In this document: piece after piece, positions 1 through 8,666 of the stretch
How positions within the stretch are numbered: the first letter of the stretch is position 1
Layout: each line of letters starts with the position of its first letter
Source: an uncultured Collinsella sp.
GTDB taxonomy: Bacteria; Actinomycetota; Coriobacteriia; Coriobacteriales; Coriobacteriaceae
DNA: 64,000 nt
Assembly: GCA_900765115.1 (NCBI GenBank)
Contig: CAAFQK010000109.1
Location: 4,421-68,420 of the forward strand
Reading direction: 5' to 3'
Notes under the pieces: model-generated
The model's database searches: none
What the model was told of the DNA's origin: nothing
The model's input: only the letters and a program-made list of their open reading frames with translations
Position numbers and translations under genes: made by a program

Positions 1-1734
1 AAGCAAGGGGCAAACCTCTTCGGGATTTCCAAGCATTTCCGTAAGTATGTAGAACCTGGCACAGAAGGCGGCGGCGGTCCTGTTAATCCGAATGCCGGGC
101 GCGTAGTGGCCCATCGGAGTCTCGAAGCCGGCGGCCCTTTCATATGCGACCCTGCACTCCGCACGCATACCAAGCAAGGCGTAGCACAGGCTCATCTCGA
201 AATAGGGATATCCGAGGGACGGTTGCTTATTGAGCGCGGCGAGGCGCTCTTCGGCAATCGAGAGCTGCAATTTCGCCACCTCGGGTTTGTCGTACAGTGT
301 CAGCCGGGCAAGCTGCCATCGACACTCGAGCGCCGCCATAACCTGCAGGCTTCTCTCAAGAAGGCCTATAGCCTCATCAGTGTACGACACGGCGCGCTCA
401 ACGCTCTCTCCAACCATTAAGGCTAGGGCAGTGCGTTCTCGCAGCACTTGGGAGCGCCGCAGAATCGCCTCGGGAGGAAGGCCATCCTCCATCACATCCA
501 AGTCATGCTCCGCGTCCCCATCCTTGAAATACCGCATTACGCACTCAGCCAAAGTATTTGGGAAGCGGTCATTCACCGCCAAGCCCGAAAGCATCGCACT
601 CAGGTTCTTATGGGCATAGTAGCGTGCATCGGGGTCGCTTACGCACAAAAACCGATCGCATCGAGCGAAGAAATTGAGCACGGGTGCGGGATCGAGCCCG
701 TCGGACCACGCGATTCTGCCCAGGCTCGCCATAGCGACGACGCGCTGTTGCTCGGAAAGGGAGGCATTGCTGAAGGTGTTTTTGACCTCGACCAAATACA
801 GCTTGTTCCTGTCCTCGATACTTGTCCCTATCTGCCTCATGAAAAGAAGCCGCAGATTGAAGAGCTGCCCAAAATCGTTGGGGCCAATCGGAGCAAGCGC
901 CTTTTCGCATTCCTCAATCAACCCCCACCCTTCTTTAACGCCGCCATCAGGCAAGCCGATTTTCGTTTTATTCAATGCTGCGTTCTCAAACAGCAGCAAG
1001 AGGAACGACTTATTCCGAACGCCCAGACGCTTAGCTTCGCGATACGTCTTCTTGAACTCGTCGTCGGCGACTTTTAACTGACCGTTCACGACATAGCTAA
1101 TCGCGCGGTTGTGCCAAAGCTGGACCGTGATGAAAGGGTCTGTCTTGTCGGTTTTCTCGGCCAAGGCGCTTTCGAGCTCCGCTTGCGACCCAGCACGATC
1201 GCAAGCGGCGTCCGCGATAATATGGAGGGCGAAATGCCTGAAAGCCGGCTCTAAGTTTTCGTTCTCAAGCATCCTTTTCGCAACGCCGTTGTTTCCCAAG
1301 TAGATGTTGCAGAAAATCCTATCCTTGTCGAGGCAGGTGAGCTGCATTCTGGACAGTCGATCACGGTCAACCGAGTTCATCAGCCTGAAGGCAGCTACAT
1401 AGTCGCATTCGGGAAGAGAGGGATCCGCCTTGTCCACTATGTCATCGAGCTGCTGCGCACACCAAAAATAGTTGACGAGAAGAGCGAACAGACTCAACGC
1501 GAGAAAGGGCGATGCCACACCCGCCAACCATAAAAGGCTAAGCTTTACCGATGCAAACAATGCATCGGACGCCAGTGCTGCAACATAGATACCGGCCTTG
1601 TAAAACCGCGCCAAAGCCTGCTTACGCAACCACAGCAAAAACAGCCCGACGACAATCGAAAACGCCAGGATAGAATGGGCCGGGTCAGGCCCCGTGACGA
1701 TATCAATCGCAGCAAGGATATCTTGGAACGCCAT
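1..1734 (-). CDS. Hypothetical protein with N-terminal transmembrane helices and a long helical (TPR-like) region; runs off the left edge (at least 578 aa)
   Basis: Not in the ORF track because no stop lies in the window. GGAGG RBS precedes ATG at 1734. Manual translation MAFQDILAAIDIVTGPDPAHSILAFSIVVGLFLLWLRK...EMLGNPEEVCPLL found no stop. Hydrophobic N-terminus; TPR-like segments such as WHNRAISYVVNGQLKVADDEFKK and YFEMSLCYALLGMRAECRVAYERA. Confidence 0.75.
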   Translation of the reverse strand, partial: MAFQDILAAIDIVTGPDPAHSILAFSIVVGLFLLWLRKQALARFYKAGIYVAALASDALFASVKLSLLWLAGVASPFLALSLFALLVNYFWCAQQLDDIVDKADPSLPECDYVAAFRLMNSVDRDRLSRMQLTCLDKDRIFCNIYLGNNGVAKRMLENENLEPAFRHFALHIIADAACDRAGSQAELESALAEKTDKTDPFITVQLWHNRAISYVVNGQLKVADDEFKKTYREAKRLGVRNKSFLLLLFENAALNKTKIGLPDGGVKEGWGLIEECEKALAPIGPNDFGQLFNLRLLFMRQIGTSIEDRNKLYLVEVKNTFSNASLSEQQRVVAMASLGRIAWSDGLDPAPVLNFFARCDRFLCVSDPDARYYAHKNLSAMLSGLAVNDRFPNTLAECVMRYFKDGDAEHDLDVMEDGLPPEAILRRSQVLRERTALALMVGESVERAVSYTDEAIGLLERSLQVMAALECRWQLARLTLYDKPEVAKLQLSIAEERLAALNKQPSLGYPYFEMSLCYALLGMRAECRVAYERAAGFETPMGHYAPGIRINRTAAAFCARFYILTEMLGNPEEVCPLL

Positions 1735-1817
1735 AATCCTCCGCTAGACTCGAGTCCAATACTCGTTTGCTATTGTAGCTTGCATTCTGCATTGATCTTC
1801 CTTCATGTAGTTTCAAA

Positions 1818-1833
1818 TCGAACACATGTTTTG
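1818..1833. promoter_or_regulatory. Possible LexA/SOS box upstream of the TM-TPR gene
   Basis: TCGAACACATGTTTTG resembles Gram-positive/actinobacterial CGAAC-N4-GTTCG with two mismatches in the right half. A minus-strand TACAAT -10 lies at 1772-1777. Confidence 0.3.
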
Positions 1834-1858
1834 TTTTTAGGAACAGAGTTACATCAAA

Positions 1859-1892
1859 GGAGGCCGTATCAGCCAACGCTGATACGGCCTCC
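1859..1892 (-). terminator. Intrinsic terminator after the ugd remnant
   Basis: Perfect 15-bp inverted repeat GGAGGCCGTATCAGC/GCTGATACGGCCTCC followed by TTT on the minus strand. Confidence 0.7.
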
Positions 1893-1943
1893 CTCTAGAT
1901 TCGATTTTTGTATATCACCAGATCCTGGGAGTACACCTCTCCC

Positions 1944-2240
1944 CTAGTCCCTCTTAAACAGATCCCTCGTGTACACCTTGTCCGCAACGTCCGCGAGCTC
2001 GTCGCTCCAGCGGTTGGCCACGATCACGTCGCAGCCGGCCTTGAAGGCCTCCAGGTCGTGGGTCACCTCGGAGCCGAAGAACTCCGGCGCGTCCAGCGTG
2101 GGCTCGTAGACCACCACGGGCACGCCCTTGGCCTTCACGCGTTTCATGACGCCCTGGATGGAGCTAGCGCGGAAGTTGTCGGAGTTGGACTTCGTCGTCA
2201 GGCGGTTGACGTCCGCGACTGGCTTCGGCTTGCCGGCATG
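1944..2240 (-). pseudogene. ugd: UDP-glucose 6-dehydrogenase, 3' remnant (copy 1)
   Basis: Translates to [36 protein letters not shown]...[11 protein letters not shown], the typical Ugd C-terminus. No N-terminal domains present. Confidence 0.85.
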
Positions 2241-2299
2241 CTTGAGATTATTAGAGTTAAATATAGCCTTGCTCTCAACTAGCTATTCGAGTTGTGCGG

Positions 2300-3175
2300 C
2301 TATACCGATGGATGCGATTCTTGGTAAAGCGCAACAACTTCAAGTTGATAAACAGGCTTGCCACTAATCTCCATTATCGCCACTGAATCACATTTAAGTG
2401 GTCCAGAATTTAAGGCTGCCACTGACTTTATAAGCGCCTCTTTGCTGGCGGTGTCCATAATTTTGGTAAATACAGTATTTTTCATTAATTGGGTTCCGTC
2501 TGGAAACACTCGTTTGATTTGTGCCAAACAGGTCAGATCAATATCTATAATATCCTGCCGAATAGCTTGATATAGATTTTGGTCGGTTATCGTACCAATT
2601 ACGGCATAAGCTTCGTTTTCCGAAACTATCTCTTCTGCGGAAAATAACTCTTTGGTGACAGCTCCGATTTTTTTCAATGAAGCTGAATTAGCATTGTTTG
2701 ATCCCTTGAGCTTAGTCCCGCCTACCTCTTGCATTTTTTGGCTGAGCTCAGTTATTTCAATCGCTTCATCAACGAGACCTTTAATGGAATTGATCTTAAG
2801 ATTGACCGGAATGCAGACAAAGTCTCCAGGTTGAGACATCAAAATCTCTTTTAAGAACTTATGTTGGGACAGCTGCTCGACCACCATGCTCAACATTGAA
2901 GTTGTGGTCTGGACCAACTTTGATTCCTTAGAACTCGAATTTCCAGAATTCTTATTAAGCTCCGCTTCGGCTGTTATCCCAAGTTTAAAAATCTTAAAAC
3001 CAACTCCAGCGCCCCCTCTTTTTGAGGAAGATTTTCCTGAAGACGATTCTTCTTTAATCTCTTCGTATTCAGAAAAGCCCCTATTTAGAATTGCGTAAAT
3101 ATCCAACAGTCTATTTTGGTTTACATAGTATGGGAAAAATACCGAATCAGTTACAGGTAAAGGTTTCTCGTCCAT
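2300..3175 (-). CDS. Hypothetical protein (DUF6414-like), AT-rich accessory gene
   Basis: 291-aa ORF with an RBS. N-terminal YxN..L..IY motif followed by a Ser/Gly-rich stretch; visibly AT-rich relative to flanks. Confidence 0.65.
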   Translation of the reverse strand: MDEKPLPVTDSVFFPYYVNQNRLLDIYAILNRGFSEYEEIKEESSSGKSSSKRGGAGVGFKIFKLGITAEAELNKNSGNSSSKESKLVQTTTSMLSMVVEQLSQHKFLKEILMSQPGDFVCIPVNLKINSIKGLVDEAIEITELSQKMQEVGGTKLKGSNNANSASLKKIGAVTKELFSAEEIVSENEAYAVIGTITDQNLYQAIRQDIIDIDLTCLAQIKRVFPDGTQLMKNTVFTKIMDTASKEALIKSVAALNSGPLKCDSVAIMEISGKPVYQLEVVALYQESHPSV

Positions 3176-3203
3176 ATTCCAAATCCCTTCCGGACGATAA
3201 TCA

Positions 3204-3245
3204 AATTGACCTCTTGTAGAACAGAAAGACTACAAGAGGTCAATT
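3204..3245. terminator. Hairpin/terminator
   Basis: 16-bp inverted repeat AATTGACCTCTTGTAG...CTACAAGAGGTCAATT. Confidence 0.6.
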
Positions 3246-3321
3246 AAACAATTATATATAGCTTGTTAACACTGGAAGAAAACCAGGCAGGTTACATATG
3301 CCGCACCAAATGTCGGCTGTT

Positions 3322-4476
3322 CTATAAGCTTTTCCTCCACACCACCTTGTCCACAACGCCGGTGTAGCTCTGGATGATCTTGACCACCTTGGTGGACACG
3401 GTCTCGTCGGCGTAGTCGGGAACGGGCGCCTCGGGGAGCGACTCCTCCGCGTCGAGCTCGACGGCCGTATGGACAGCTTGCAGAAGGCCCCTCTCGGAGA
3501 TGCCTGCAAGCGTGAAGCACGCCTTGTCCAGCGCCTCCGGGCGCTCGGTGGAGGTACGGATGCACACCGCCGGGAACGGGCGCCCAATGCTTGCAAAGAA
3601 GCTGGACTCCTCGGGCAGGGTGCCGGAGTCGGAAACCACGGCGAAGGCGTTCATCTGCAGGCAGTTGTAGTCGTGGAATCCCATGGGCTCGTGCATGCGC
3701 ACGCGCAGGTCCAGCTTGAAGCCGGTGGCCTCCAGGCGCTTGAGGGAGCGCGGGTGGCAGGAGTACAGGATCGGCATGTCGTATTTCTCCGCGAGCGCGT
3801 TGATCGCCGTGAACAGGCTCGTGAAGTTCGCCTCGGTGTCGATGTTCTCCTCGCGGTGGGCCGAAAGCAGCATGTAGCGCTTGGGCTCCAGACCGAGCTC
3901 GGAGAGGACATCCGAAGCCTCGATCTTGTCCAGGTTGGCACGAAGGACCTCTGCCATGGGCGAGCCCGTGACAGAGGTGCGCTCCGGGGCACAGCCGGTG
4001 TCCCTGAGGTAGCGGCGCGCGTGCTCGGAGTATGCCAGGTTGACGTCGGAGATCACGTCGACGATGCGGCGGTTAGTCTCCTCGGGCAGGCACTCGTCCT
4101 TGCAGCGGTTGCCCGCCTCCATGTGGAAGATGGGGATGTGGAGCCTCTTGGCCGCGATGGCGGAAAGGCAGCTGTCGGCGTCGCCCAGGATGAGAAGCGC
4201 GTCGGGCTTCACCTCAACCATGAGCTTATAGCTCGCGGCGATGATGTTGCCCACGGTCTCGCCCAAGTCGGCGCCCACGGCGTCCAGCGACAAGTCGCGG
4301 AAGAAGATGCCGTTGAGCGTGTAGTCGTAGTTCTACCCGGTGTGCGCCAGCAGGCAGTCGAAGTGGCGGCGGCACTTCTTGATGACCTCGGACAGGCGGA
4401 TGACCTCGGGGCGGGTGCCCACGACGATCAGCAGCTTCAGGCGGCCATCATTTTTGAAATGAATATTCTTTTCAAT
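3322..4476 (-). pseudogene. UDP-N-acetylhexosamine 2-epimerase (FnlC/CapG-type) pseudogene
   Basis: In-frame LKLLIVVGTRPEVIRL...AHTG*NYD with TAG at 4333-4335 where Gln is expected. GDADS replaces GDTNS, there is an apparent short deletion near FFRDLSLDAVG, and no in-frame ATG follows the RBS. HMEAGNR and SDSGTLPEE are retained. Confidence 0.85.
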
Positions 4477-4489
4477 TATCTCCTTTCAG

Positions 4490-4713
4490 CTAATCGCGTT
4501 TAAATAAGTCCCTTGTATAAACCATTTCTGAAACATCTGCGAGCTCGTCGGTCCTGCGGTTGGCGACGATCGCATTGCAGCCGGCCTTGATGGACTCAAG
4601 GCCGTGGTCACCTCGGAGCCGAAGAACTCCGGCGCGCCCAGCGTGGGCCCGTAGACCACCACGGGCACGCCCTTGGCCTTCACGTACTTCATGGCGCCCT
4701 AGATGGAGCTCGC
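4490..4713 (-). pseudogene. ugd: UDP-glucose 6-dehydrogenase, 3' remnant (copy 2, more decayed)
   Basis: [35 protein letters not shown], then a frameshift, then ...[10 protein letters not shown]. Direct homolog of 1944-2170. Confidence 0.85.
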
Positions 4714-4992
4714 GTGAGGAATAATGTGGTTTGATTAATCGTAAGACAGTAGGCACTCGCGACCGAGAATTAATCAGAAGCGTCTTAGCTTATGGAGTGG
4801 CTGCAAATTGCTTTATATAGAGGAAGGAGCGCATTACATTTAACCAGCGCACTCATTCCTGGTGATTATTTTAATAGCTAGAATTGAGTTTTCGCCAAAG
4901 ATTCAGAACGCTCTCGCCAGACATCATTGAATGTCCCAAGGGAATACATAGCACTCAACGATATTTTGCCAGCTGAAAAGCTGAAACCATGA

Positions 4993-6375
4993 TTACCTTA
5001 TAAACTCTAAGTACTTAACGCTCTCGCCGCGTTCGAATGCGCCTATAACTTCACAGGTGGCTTTGGTGATATCGCGATCAATGCCGCCTTCGCGGCGAAG
5101 TGCCTCTTCACCTGTGGTGCCCTTCTCAACATCGGCGATCATTCTTAGGAAAGAAACCCATTCAAAGCGAATGCCTTCCCCGTCTAGCTGATAGAAATAA
5201 CGTCTGTTATCGGCTGGGTCCTCGTAACGGATTTCGAAATAATCAGTCTTCCACCACGGCGCAGGAACATATATGTAGCCCTTTGTGCCCGATACAACTA
5301 GACTGCCTTCAGACTTAGCGCCTGAGCCAACCTTTGCTGTTGCCACGGCGTTTGGAAACTCAACGTCAAGCCTCGAGAACTCATCAAACGTCTTGTCGTT
5401 TTTCTCGCACAAGGACGAAATGCGTACCGAGTTAGGTTTAGTACCTAGTATCTGGAAGATTGGCAATAAGGCCGTCGGACCCCATGCCGTCATGCTGCTC
5501 CAAGCAGTGTCGCGACGCGTATCAAAGGGAGCGCGATTGGTCTTAAGATTGGTTATAGTGGCGTCGACCGAAACGACCTCGCCAATACGTCCGCCGGTAA
5601 CCAACAATAGCATGCGTGCGTAGGCGGTTGAGTATGCCGTGCGCAGTGAGTCCATCAGTACAAGGCCTCGCTCGTCGGCTAATGCGAAAAGCTCGCTGCA
5701 TTCCTTAGCGCTCTTTGCGATAGGCGCTTCGCACATCACATGCTTGTCGGCATTTAGGGCTCGCTTCACCTGATCATAATGTCGATCAGGATGCGAGTGA
5801 ATATATACAATATCGACTGCATCCAGCAACTTATCGTATTCATCCGTTACAAGCTCAGCTCCGAGTGGGCCCTCATCTAGCAAGCTGCGATCTTCAACGC
5901 AAATGCCGGCAGCCTCGAGACCATTAACCAAACCGCACTCAGCAAAAACGCGATTCATATAGTCCGTATATCCAACTAAACCGCAGCGAAGTTTAACCGA
6001 ACTTCGGATTTCCGTAGAAGAGACACCACTGGTGCGCTCGAGGTACACAACCTTGCAGTACTCATTCAGATAGTCGAATTGGCCCTCCCAATCCGATCCC
6101 ACAGTAAAGATATCAACTCCATAGCGCTTGATGTCGTCGATTTTCTGGCCTTCGTATTCTTCGACGACAATCTTGTCCGCAAGCCCGGTTGAACGCACTG
6201 CTGCAATGCGCTCTTCAAGCGATTGTTGAACGTTAATCTTGCCGCGTTGTTTGTCAAAGTCATCCGACGTAACGCCAACGATTAGATAGTCGCCTAAGGC
6301 CTTGGCGCGCTCCAACAGGCGGACATGCCCGCGATGAAGATGGTCGTAGGTTCCGTAGGTAATGACCTTAGTCAT
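4993..6375 (-). CDS. Fusion of TagD-like cytidylyltransferase and Gfo/Idh/MocA oxidoreductase
   Basis: N-terminal GTYDHLHRGH (HxGH) and RTSGVSST motifs; C-terminal DIVYI..H..H...KHVMCEAP typical of Gfo/Idh/MocA. Confidence 0.85.
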   Translation of the reverse strand: MTKVITYGTYDHLHRGHVRLLERAKALGDYLIVGVTSDDFDKQRGKINVQQSLEERIAAVRSTGLADKIVVEEYEGQKIDDIKRYGVDIFTVGSDWEGQFDYLNEYCKVVYLERTSGVSSTEIRSSVKLRCGLVGYTDYMNRVFAECGLVNGLEAAGICVEDRSLLDEGPLGAELVTDEYDKLLDAVDIVYIHSHPDRHYDQVKRALNADKHVMCEAPIAKSAKECSELFALADERGLVLMDSLRTAYSTAYARMLLLVTGGRIGEVVSVDATITNLKTNRAPFDTRRDTAWSSMTAWGPTALLPIFQILGTKPNSVRISSLCEKNDKTFDEFSRLDVEFPNAVATAKVGSGAKSEGSLVVSGTKGYIYVPAPWWKTDYFEIRYEDPADNRRYFYQLDGEGIRFEWVSFLRMIADVEKGTTGEEALRREGGIDRDITKATCEVIGAFERGESVKYLEFIR

Positions 6376-6377
6376 GC

Positions 6378-7439
6378 TTAGGCCTTGTCCAACTCAATCA
6401 GCGCTTCCATGAATCGCTCCATCGAACGCTTAGGACCAGTGGTAACCCTCAGACAGCTGCCAAAAGCGCCAATACCGTCATACTCCTTAATGAGGATGCC
6501 TTTCTCGGCCTTCATGCGGCGAACGATTTCAGACGCATCGCTAAACGGCTTAATGAACATGAAATTTCCTTCACTGCTTCGATATTCATAGCAGTTACGG
6601 TCAAGTTGCTCAACGAGCCACTGTTTGCCGGCGAGCTGATTCTCGATCATGGAATCGAGCATGCCTTCGGTTTCCATGATTTTCTTTGCGAAGAGCATGG
6701 CAAACATATTTACATTGTGGGGAGTATTCAGCTTCTGTACGAGAGCAACTCCCTCAGGCCATCCTGCTACATAGCCTAAACGAGCTCCAGCAAGCGAGAA
6801 TAGCTTGGAAAAGGTGCGGGTTACAAATACGTGATCATGAGTGAGGGCGTATCCGATGGAAGTCTCGGGGCAGAAATAATGGTATGCCTCATCAACGAGG
6901 ACGGTAATCTGACGGCGTTCCGCTTCCTCGAAAAAGCGCGTCATCTCGGTCTCGCTCCAGGCATTGCCCATGGGGTTATTCGGATTAACAAGAATTAACA
7001 GCTGCGTGTCATCGCTGATTTTGGAGATCACATCATCCACCGTGATGGTTAGGTCATCCCTATAAGGGACCGGCACAAAATTGCGCCCATACATCTTCGA
7101 GTAGACCTCGAACATCGCGTAAGATGGTGATACACAAACGATCTCGCCGCTGGGCGCAGTGAAGGCCTCAATGATGTTACGAATGCCCTCGGAAGACCCG
7201 TTAACAAGCGAAAGGTGCTCGATGTCCGTACCAAGTCTTTCAGCGAGGAATTCGGTAAACTCAAGTGTCTCCGGGTACTGGGCTACCATTTCGGGTGTCA
7301 CACCCGAAAGAACTCCGTCGATGAACTCTTGAGATAGCCCCTCGGGGTTCTCGTTCAGGTCAAGTCTGAGGTAACCCTCGCGCTTGTTCTGGTCAAAAAT
7401 GCGGTGGAGGTTAACTAGCCTCTCGTTGATGTAATACAT
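6378..7439 (-). CDS. HisC/CobD-like PLP-dependent aminotransferase or decarboxylase
   Basis: LDLNENP, NPNNPMG, VDEAY and RTFSKLFSLAGARLGY (PLP lysine) motifs. Confidence 0.85.
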   Translation of the reverse strand: MYYINERLVNLHRIFDQNKREGYLRLDLNENPEGLSQEFIDGVLSGVTPEMVAQYPETLEFTEFLAERLGTDIEHLSLVNGSSEGIRNIIEAFTAPSGEIVCVSPSYAMFEVYSKMYGRNFVPVPYRDDLTITVDDVISKISDDTQLLILVNPNNPMGNAWSETEMTRFFEEAERRQITVLVDEAYHYFCPETSIGYALTHDHVFVTRTFSKLFSLAGARLGYVAGWPEGVALVQKLNTPHNVNMFAMLFAKKIMETEGMLDSMIENQLAGKQWLVEQLDRNCYEYRSSEGNFMFIKPFSDASEIVRRMKAEKGILIKEYDGIGAFGSCLRVTTGPKRSMERFMEALIELDKA

Positions 7440-7568
7440 GAATAAATACCTTTCGCCTTCGATTAAAAATTGTTAAGGACAGTAACGAATGAGCTGCCTG
7501 TCGATATTTCCACTTAGGGTTAGTTGTATGAGTGGGCTTTGCACTACAAGCGTCTAAATGAAAAGCAG

Positions 7569-8666
7569 TTACCGTCCATGCCCGCAAACCAAACGAACAA
7601 GCTTCCAGGGAAGCATTCGCCTAATTCTTGCCATCAAGCTAATCTTTGGAGCCAGCAGCCTTTCGAATGCCAGCTTGTGGTCACCAGTAGAAATCGCTCT
7701 TTCGACCTCATCGGCCAGCCTCTCATCATCAGCAGAACGAGAGGCTGGCTTGACGAGATTTGAGTTATTGGCAGCAATGCTTTCAACGGTTGATTTAATC
7801 CACTTACATTCATCGGCACAGCACTCATTAAAGAAGCGCTCGCCATTACTAGTGTTTATCAGGACCGCGGAAACGCCTCTTCCGTCAGAAAAACCGGGAT
7901 GAACGGAGTCGATGCCCCAATAATCTCCTATCGTGATGTCTCCAACGCGTTCAAGTCTTGCAAAGGGACATTTGTAACAACACCTCCGATAGATGACCCC
8001 TTTCGTAAAGGCTGCGAAATATGGGTCATCACGGGCGGGCCCCAGCACCTCGTGTTTTCTACCTCGACGATAGAAGTAGTAATAATAATTTAGTCCCCAC
8101 CCCATCTTTTTGCTTCTAAAAGAATAGCCATGGATGCCGTCATCGGTTTTGCTCTTCGTGGCAAGCCATTCAAGATATGCAGCAAAAATCTCCTGCTTAG
8201 GTGTTCCGTGACAGATGAGATCGACGCAAAGCAAGTTATTTGCAATGACTTGCTTTGGAACTGTTTTTTCAAGATATTTTCGAAGTCCCGCTATCTGGCA
8301 TGGCGTACCGGAATATAGCACTACGGTATTCTTGCAAAGAAGGTGGGCACACTCTTCATATGTATCTGCAACGTTGCTCTTAACGTATTTAGATCCTTGC
8401 AGTTTATACAAGTCATCGATCCGCTTTATGCAAATATGACGGACAGTGCCGTTGTCGAAAAGGGAAGCTCCAAAAACGGCACCACCAACACGAAGAACAG
8501 AGCGAGCAAACAAAGCAAAAGCGCCACCAGAAGCGGAAAGCTCAAGGCTTTTCGAATCAGAGTCCTGAAGTGCCACAGCACAACGTGCTTTTGCGAACAG
8601 CGCGTCGAAAGAGTTCGATGGAAGTTCGTCTTGCAACCTAACGCCTCCTAACCAATAGCATTCCAA
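7569..8666 (-). CDS. Coenzyme F420 hydrogenase beta-subunit (FrhB)-like Fe-S protein
   Basis: SASGGAF, GSKYV, SGTPCQIAG, DLICHG, CYKC and GDITIGDYWG motifs. Start codon uncertain. Confidence 0.85.
   Translation of the reverse strand: MECYWLGGVRLQDELPSNSFDALFAKARCAVALQDSDSKSLELSASGGAFALFARSVLRVGGAVFGASLFDNGTVRHICIKRIDDLYKLQGSKYVKSNVADTYEECAHLLCKNTVVLYSGTPCQIAGLRKYLEKTVPKQVIANNLLCVDLICHGTPKQEIFAAYLEWLATKSKTDDGIHGYSFRSKKMGWGLNYYYYFYRRGRKHEVLGPARDDPYFAAFTKGVIYRRCCYKCPFARLERVGDITIGDYWGIDSVHPGFSDGRGVSAVLINTSNGERFFNECCADECKWIKSTVESIAANNSNLVKPASRSADDERLADEVERAISTGDHKLAFERLLAPKISLMARIRRMLPWKLVRLVCGHGR

Noticed and set aside
106..1303. Several plus-strand ORFs (104-209 aa)
   Set aside because: They lie antisense to the long minus-strand ORF that has an RBS, and show no recognisable motifs.
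4333..4335. In-frame TAG as possible pyrrolysine or readthrough
   Set aside because: It replaces a conserved Gln (CAG to TAG) and the gene has other lesions, so a pseudogene is simpler.
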